Part shown: positions 58,139 to 64,000 of the stretch, one piece after another
Numbering within the stretch: the stretch's first letter is position 1
Layout of the letters: each line of letters starts with the position of its first letter
Source of the DNA: Candidatus Latescibacterota bacterium
GTDB lineage: Bacteria > Latescibacterota > UBA2968 > UBA8231
Length of the DNA: 64,000 nt
Assembly: GCA_965215195.1 (NCBI GenBank)
Contig: CBDCDC010000002.1
Coordinates: 416,001-480,000, forward strand
Direction of reading: 5' to 3'
Program-made: the position numbers and the translations under genes
Notes under the pieces: model-generated
Database searches by the model: none
What the model was told of the DNA's origin: nothing
The model's input: the letters and a program-made list of their open reading frames with translations, nothing else

Positions 58139-59176
58139 ATGAGCGACAAGACAATAGACCTGCGCAGCGACACGATTACCCTGCCGACCGAGGCCATGCA
58201 GGAGGCCATGGCCTGCGCGCCGTTGGGCGACGATGTGTACGGCGAAGACCCAACGGTCAATCGCCTGCAAGAATTGGCGGCCGAAAAAGTGGGCATGGAA
58301 GCCGCGCTCTACGTGCCTTCGGGCACGATGGGCAATGCCTGCGCCTTGATGACCCACACCCACTGGGGAGACGAAGTGCTCTTTGAGGAGCAGGCGCACA
58401 TGTATTACTGGGAGGCCGGAACCTACGCCTCGCTCGCCGGACTGGCCGTGCGCACCGCGGCTGGCGAGCACGGCGTCATCACGGCCGACCAAGTACGCCA
58501 GACAGTCCGCGCCGACAACCCGCACTTTGCCCCGCTCAAGGTCGTCTGCATCGAAAACACCCACAACAACCACGCCGGCCACGCTTGGTCGGTCGCCGAG
58601 GTAGCTGCGGTGAGCGCTGCGTGCCGCGAACATGGGCTGAAACTGCACGTAGATGGCGCGCGCATTTTTAACGCCGCCCTTGCCGCGGGGACGACGGTCC
58701 CAGCATACACTCAGCACGTTGACTCGGTGATGTTCTGCGTCTCCAAGGGGCTGAGTGCGCCGGTCGGCTCGCTGCTGTGCGGGAGCAGGGACTTTGTCGA
58801 GCGGGCCTATCGGATGCGCAAGCGGCTCGGCGGTGCCATGCGCCAAGCCGGCGTCGTGGCCGCGGCCGGAATCGTGGCCTTGGAGCAGATGACCGAGCGG
58901 CTGGCCGAAGATCACGCGGTGGCGCGGGAACTGGCCGCCGGGTTGGGTGCCATTGAGGGCGTTGAGGTGATTTTCCCGCCGCGACCGACCAACATCCTCA
59001 AGGTGGATTTTGCGGCCTTGGGGTGGTCGGCGGCCGAGCTGGTGGCCAAGTGGAAGGCGCGGGGGGTGTTGTGCAATCCGCGGCCGCCGCACGGGGCGCG
59101 GCTGGTGGCGAATCGGCACGTGGGGCTAGAGGACGTGAGTTACGTGGTGGAGACGACCCGGGAAATGATCGGGTAG
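58139..59176 (+). CDS. ltaE: low-specificity L-threonine aldolase
   Basis: [43 protein letters not shown]. Confidence 0.92.
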   Translation: MSDKTIDLRSDTITLPTEAMQEAMACAPLGDDVYGEDPTVNRLQELAAEKVGMEAALYVPSGTMGNACALMTHTHWGDEVLFEEQAHMYYWEAGTYASLAGLAVRTAAGEHGVITADQVRQTVRADNPHFAPLKVVCIENTHNNHAGHAWSVAEVAAVSAACREHGLKLHVDGARIFNAALAAGTTVPAYTQHVDSVMFCVSKGLSAPVGSLLCGSRDFVERAYRMRKRLGGAMRQAGVVAAAGIVALEQMTERLAEDHAVARELAAGLGAIEGVEVIFPPRPTNILKVDFAALGWSAAELVAKWKARGVLCNPRPPHGARLVANRHVGLEDVSYVVETTREMIG

Positions 59177-59184
59177 GGGGCCAC

Positions 59185-61494
59185 TTGGCGCGTCTTTCGT
59201 CCATATCTCGATGCCTTTGGCTCGGCGTTTTTGGCGCGGGAGTTGCCGGAGGGGACGCCCTGAAAAACGCCGATGGCTCGTGGAAGTACAGCAATCACCT
59301 AATGGGAGAGACAAGTCCATACTTGTTGCTGCACGCGCACAATCCGGTCGAGTGGTACCCTTGGGGGGAAGAGGCCCTAGCGCGGGCCAAGGCCGAGGAC
59401 AAGCCGATCTTTCTGTCGGTCGGCTACTCAACCTGCTATTGGTGCCACGTAATGGAGCGGCTGGTCTTTTCCGATCTCGAGATCGCAGCCCAGATGAATG
59501 CCAGCTTTGTCAACATCAAGGTCGATCGCGAGGAGCGGCCCGACATCGACCGCATTTACATGCTGGCGACCCAGCTAACCACCCGGCACGGCGGCTGGCC
59601 CAATTCGGTGTTTTTGACGCCCAGCCAAGAGCCGTTTTTCGCTGGCACGTATTTCCCGCCCAAGCCCTTGCCCGGGCGGCCTTCCTTTCCCCAAGTCTTG
59701 GACTTTATGCGCCAGCGCTGGCAGGACCAGCGCGAGCAGGTGCTCCAAGTCGCGGCCCGCTTGACCGCGGCCATCCGCGACTTGGAATCCGGGCAACAGA
59801 TGGCGGCCGTGCCGCCTGATTCTCTGCTAGTAGCGCGAGTGCTAGCCGCTGTTCAGGGCCGGTACGACGCGATTAACGGCGGCTTCGGGGGCGCCCCCAA
59901 ATTTCCCCCCAGCCTGCGCTTGGAGATGCTGATGGCCACGGCCGAGCGCTTTGCCGATCCCCAAGTACAGCGCATTGTTTTGCACTCGCTGGAGCGGATG
60001 GCGGCCGGCGGCATGTACGACCAAATCGGCGGCGGCTTCCACCGCTACGCCACAGACGCCGAGTGGCGAGTGCCGCACTTTGAGAAGATGCTCTACAACC
60101 AAGCTCACTTGTCGCGGCTGTACTTGCGTGCCTACGAACTGACCGGGGACGACCGCTGGCGGTGGGTGGCCGAGGACATTTTTCGCTTTGTCGCCCGGGA
60201 GATGACCGGGCCGGACGGGGCTTTTTACTCGGCCCTAGACGCTGAGACCGAGGCCGAAGAGGGCAAGTACTATCTGTGGAATGAGGGGGACCTAAAGGAC
60301 GTATTGGGGCGCGAGGCGGAATTGTTTTGGGCCGTCTATGGGTTGGCCCCCATGCCCGAGGGCGAGGAGGGCGTCCTCTACGCGAAAACGCCGCTTGCCG
60401 CGGCCGAGCGGCGGGCGCAAATGGCCCTCGTGCGGCAGCGCGTCCTCGCGGCGCGGGCCGAGCGGCCCTATCCCCTCCTCGACGACAAGGTGCTAGCCGC
60501 TTGGAACGGCATGATGATCGAGGCGTACGCGCGGGGCTTCGCGGTCTTGGGCGATCCCGCATATCGCCGCGCGGCCGAGCGCGCGGCCGATTTTGCTCTC
60601 GAGCACCTGCGGCGCGAGGACGGGGGATTGTGGCGGGTCCATCGGCTGGGGGTTTCGCGGCAGGCGGCGTACCTAGACGACTATGCGTTTTTGGCGCGCG
60701 GGCTGACGGCATTGTACCGGGCGACTGGCGCGGCGCGGTGGTTGCAGGCCGCACGCGAGTTGAGCGCCGAGATGGTGGCGCGGTTTTGGGACGCAGAGGT
60801 CGGGGGGTTTTTCTTTACTGAAGCTAGCAACGCGCTCATCGTGCGCAGCAAATTCGCCCAAGACTCGGCCCTGCCTGCGGGCAATGCGGTGGCCGCCCAC
60901 GCGCTGCTAGACTTGGCCGAACTGACGGGCCAAGCGCACTATCGCCGCCGGGCCGCGCAAATCCTGTCCGCTTTTGGCGGGGCCATGTGGGCGCAGCCCG
61001 CGGCCGCGGTGCATTTGGCGGCTGCGGCCGAGCGCCATCTGCAAGCGTCGCTGGTCGCAGCCGCATCAGCGGACGCCCAAGCGGATTCGCTGGTCTCCAT
61101 GCGAGTTGAACTGCCCGCGCAACAGCCGGTGGCGGGCGAGGTTTTTGCCGTGGCCGTGCATCTGGACATTCGCCCGGGCTGGCACATCAACGCCAACCCG
61201 CCTTCGGGCGACTTGCTCATTCCCACCTCCCTGACGCTCAATGCCGACTGGCCGCTAAACTTTGCCCGCGTGCGCTATCCCACAGGCCGCTCGCAGGTCT
61301 TCCCGGCCCTAGCGGAGACGCTCTCGGTGTACGAGGATCAGGTCGCCCTGTGGGCGGATTTGTCGCTGCCCAAAAGTGCGGCCGGGACCGCGGGCGATGT
61401 GCGCTTCTTGGTCCAGTATCAGGCCTGTGACGAGACCCGTTGCCTTCCTCCGGCCGAATTGAGCCGTAGTGTGCGGGTGGTCGCAGCGCCGTGA
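59185..61494 (+). CDS. YyaL/DUF255 thioredoxin-domain protein with C-terminal DsbD-N domain
   Basis: [47 protein letters not shown]...C. Start is approximate. Confidence 0.9.
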   Translation: MARLSSISRCLWLGVFGAGVAGGDALKNADGSWKYSNHLMGETSPYLLLHAHNPVEWYPWGEEALARAKAEDKPIFLSVGYSTCYWCHVMERLVFSDLEIAAQMNASFVNIKVDREERPDIDRIYMLATQLTTRHGGWPNSVFLTPSQEPFFAGTYFPPKPLPGRPSFPQVLDFMRQRWQDQREQVLQVAARLTAAIRDLESGQQMAAVPPDSLLVARVLAAVQGRYDAINGGFGGAPKFPPSLRLEMLMATAERFADPQVQRIVLHSLERMAAGGMYDQIGGGFHRYATDAEWRVPHFEKMLYNQAHLSRLYLRAYELTGDDRWRWVAEDIFRFVAREMTGPDGAFYSALDAETEAEEGKYYLWNEGDLKDVLGREAELFWAVYGLAPMPEGEEGVLYAKTPLAAAERRAQMALVRQRVLAARAERPYPLLDDKVLAAWNGMMIEAYARGFAVLGDPAYRRAAERAADFALEHLRREDGGLWRVHRLGVSRQAAYLDDYAFLARGLTALYRATGAARWLQAARELSAEMVARFWDAEVGGFFFTEASNALIVRSKFAQDSALPAGNAVAAHALLDLAELTGQAHYRRRAAQILSAFGGAMWAQPAAAVHLAAAAERHLQASLVAAASADAQADSLVSMRVELPAQQPVAGEVFAVAVHLDIRPGWHINANPPSGDLLIPTSLTLNADWPLNFARVRYPTGRSQVFPALAETLSVYEDQVALWADLSLPKSAAGTAGDVRFLVQYQACDETRCLPPAELSRSVRVVAAP

Positions 61495-63509
61495 TCCAAC
61501 GCACAGACATCCTCGGCTGTGGGGTGGGCGAGTTAGAGGCCGCCAAGATCCTCGCCCAAGTCGAAGCCCTCTCTGGCCCGCCGGAAGCGCGCTGGCGGGA
61601 GGCGGCCCGCTGCATTCTGCGGCCGGATCATCCCTTTGCCCTGCACCAGTTGCTCTATCGGGCAATCTACGGCAGCGCGGGTGGCCCGGTGTTTTTCCCC
61701 GAGCGCGCAGACATTGAGCACGCGCACATAACGGCACTGCGGCGCGAGCTCGGTCTAAATTCGTACGCCGCGCTCTTTGCGTGGTCAATTGCAGAACGGG
61801 AGGCGTTTTGGGAGCGGACGGTCGCCCGCTTGGGCATCCGCTTTCGCAAGCCATACGCGCAGCTTCTCGATCTGTCCCAAGGCATCGAAGCGCCCAAGTG
61901 GTTTGTCGGGGCCGAGATGAACATCGCCGAGAGTTGCTTTCAGGCCCCGGCCGATCAGACGGCCATTGTCTTTCAGCGCGAAGGCGGCCCACTTGAGCGG
62001 ATGAGTTTCGCCATCCTAGAAGCCCTGTGCGACCGGGTCGCTGGCGGGTTGTGCGCGTTGGGATTTGGCCCCGGCGACCGGATTGCCGTGGCCATGCCGA
62101 TGACAGCCGAGTCAGTGGCCATCTATCTAGGGATCATCAAGGCCGGTTGCGCGGTGGTGGCCATCGCCGACAGTTTCGCCCCCCCCCAGATCGCCGCCCG
62201 GCTGCGGATCGGGGAGGCCAAGGCCGTTTTTACGCAAGACGTGATTTTGCGCGGCGGGCGCGAGTTGCCCCTGTACCCGCGCTTAGTCGCCGCAGAAGCC
62301 CCGTTGGCAATTGCGTTGCCGGGGCGTATAGAAGGGTTGACGGAAACGCTGCGCCCCGGGGATCTGCGCTGGGACGAATTCTTGCAAGCCGACGCTGTGC
62401 CCGCGGCCGTGGCCTGCGATCCGGACGAGACGACCAATGTCCTGTTTTCATCGGGCACTACCGGCGACCCCAAGGCCCTGCCCTGGACCCATGTCAATCC
62501 GATCAAGTGCGGCGCAGACGCGCATTATCACCAAGATGTCCACCCGGGCGATGTGGTGGCTTGGCCGACCAATTTGGGCTGGATGATGGGGCCGTGGCTG
62601 ATTTACGCCGCCTTTTTGAACCGGGCGACCATGGCGCTCTACTATGGCACCCCTACCGAGCGGGGCTTTGGGGAGTTCGTGCAGGCGGCTGGCATTACCA
62701 TGCTCGGCGTCATCCCGAGCATGGTGCGGACTTGGCGCAGCACTGGCTGCATGGAGGGCATCGACTTTTCGGCGATTCGGGCTTTTAGTGCCACCGGGGA
62801 GTGCTCCAACGCCGAGGACATGCACTATCTGATGGCACTGGCCGGGTATCGGCCCATACTCGAATACTGCGGCGGCACCGAGCTGGCGGGCGGGTACTTG
62901 CTCAGTACGCAAGTTGAGCCGGTCGCACCCGCAACTTTTAATTCGGCGACGCTGGGGACGGACTTGGCGATTTTGGACGAGCACGGGCAGGTGTGCCAAA
63001 GCGGCGAGGTTTTCTTAGTGCCGCCCGCCATTGGGATGTCAACTCGGGTGCTCAACCGCGACCACCGCGAAGTGTACTACGCGGGCGTACCCAAGCCGGG
63101 CGGGGTGCCACTGCGCCGCCACGGCGACCAAGTCGAGCGGCTGGCCCCGGGCATGTACCGGGTCCACGGCCGCGCCGACGACGCCATGAACTTGGGCGGG
63201 ATCAAGGTGAGTTCCGCCGAGATCGAGCGCGTCTTGAACGCGATGCCGGGCGTGGTCGAGACCGCGGCGATTGCCGTGCCGCCGCCGGGGGGCGGGCCGA
63301 GCCTGTTGGTGATCTTCGCGGTGCTGGAGGACGCCGGCAACTGCTTGCAACAGGCGATGCAGCAGGCGATCCGCCGGGAACTCAATCCACTCTTCAAGAT
63401 TCACGAAGTAATAGTAGTGGAATCGCTGCCGCGGACCGCGTCGAACAAGGTGATGCGCCGGGTCTTGCGGGAGTGCTACGGAAGGAAACCACGTAGCCCC
63501 AGAGGCTAA
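61491..63509 (+). CDS. AMP-binding acyl-CoA synthetase (acetyl-CoA synthetase-like)
   Basis: [32 protein letters not shown]. Confidence 0.9.
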   Translation: MIQRTDILGCGVGELEAAKILAQVEALSGPPEARWREAARCILRPDHPFALHQLLYRAIYGSAGGPVFFPERADIEHAHITALRRELGLNSYAALFAWSIAEREAFWERTVARLGIRFRKPYAQLLDLSQGIEAPKWFVGAEMNIAESCFQAPADQTAIVFQREGGPLERMSFAILEALCDRVAGGLCALGFGPGDRIAVAMPMTAESVAIYLGIIKAGCAVVAIADSFAPPQIAARLRIGEAKAVFTQDVILRGGRELPLYPRLVAAEAPLAIALPGRIEGLTETLRPGDLRWDEFLQADAVPAAVACDPDETTNVLFSSGTTGDPKALPWTHVNPIKCGADAHYHQDVHPGDVVAWPTNLGWMMGPWLIYAAFLNRATMALYYGTPTERGFGEFVQAAGITMLGVIPSMVRTWRSTGCMEGIDFSAIRAFSATGECSNAEDMHYLMALAGYRPILEYCGGTELAGGYLLSTQVEPVAPATFNSATLGTDLAILDEHGQVCQSGEVFLVPPAIGMSTRVLNRDHREVYYAGVPKPGGVPLRRHGDQVERLAPGMYRVHGRADDAMNLGGIKVSSAEIERVLNAMPGVVETAAIAVPPPGGGPSLLVIFAVLEDAGNCLQQAMQQAIRRELNPLFKIHEVIVVESLPRTASNKVMRRVLRECYGRKPRSPRG

Positions 63510-63525
63510 ACGAAAGGAGCATCCC

Positions 63526-64000
63526 ATGCGACATGCCTATCTATCTGCTTTGCTGCTGCTGGCGGCGATCTATCCGGCTGAGGCTGGCCGCTACGACGAT
63601 CCGCGCTTTCTCACCAGCCACCTCGTCTCCGGTGGGGTGGCCAAAGACGGCATTCCGGCCCTAACCAATCCCACCTTTGTGGCACCGGACGAAGTTGGCT
63701 ACCTAGCCGAAGACGACGTGGTCATGGGAATCGTCATCAACGGCCAACCGCGTGCGTACCCACACAACATTGGCTGGTGGAACGAGATCATCAACGATCG
63801 CATCGGCGATCAGTCGGTCGTAGTGTCTTTGTGTCCGCTTACAGGGACCGGCCAAGTCTTCAACGCCACCGCTGGCGATGGCTCGCAGATCGAGTTTGGG
63901 GTCTCCGGTCTGCTGATCAACAGCAACTTGGTCATGTACGACCGGCGCGACGGCGAAACGCTCTACCCGCAGATGATTTACACGGCCATTAACGGCACTC
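63526..64000 (+). CDS. DUF3179 domain protein, 3'-truncated by the window
   Basis: RBS AAGGAG, signal peptide, SGG..KDGIPAL, CPLTGTG, FGVSGLL.NSNLVMYDR. Confidence 0.85.
   Translation, partial: MRHAYLSALLLLAAIYPAEAGRYDDPRFLTSHLVSGGVAKDGIPALTNPTFVAPDEVGYLAEDDVVMGIVINGQPRAYPHNIGWWNEIINDRIGDQSVVVSLCPLTGTGQVFNATAGDGSQIEFGVSGLLINSNLVMYDRRDGETLYPQMIYTAINGT

Overview
GC-rich bacterial genomic window with about 45 intact CDSs and no rRNA, tRNA or CRISPR array that I could see. The gene families (FlgD-Ig/T9SS-like C-terminal domains, SWG-x-[IL]-K C-tails, sulfatase maturase, PmoA-like, DUF3179) suggest a Latescibacterota/Poribacteria-like organism, which is an inference. 1-15.6 kb is an envelope operon: two ~945-aa paralogous putative outer-membrane proteins, a parvulin chaperone and three FTPNGD/FlgD-CTD secreted proteins, interrupted by insertions flanked by duplicated gene ends. 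15.6-43 kb holds metabolic genes, decayed TA modules, a 1526-aa nuclease-STAND (Avs-like) candidate defence gene, four copies of a small TIR element with ~9-bp target duplications, hemA/ccsA, two heme-c/copper monooxygenase-like genes and an ECF-sigma/Spy stress module whose promoter is visible twice. 43-53 kb is a tandem array of four FG-GAP/VCBS + YPNPFN-CTD paralogs. Two of them are preceded by a repeated cassette: sigma54 promoter, structured leader, exported 8-Cys peptide gene (intact in one copy, deleted in-frame in the other) and terminator. This cassette is the best candidate for an undescribed system. 53-64 kb holds a polyamine-type ABC transporter, GGT, threonine aldolase, YyaL-type protein, acyl-CoA synthetase and a partial DUF3179 gene.
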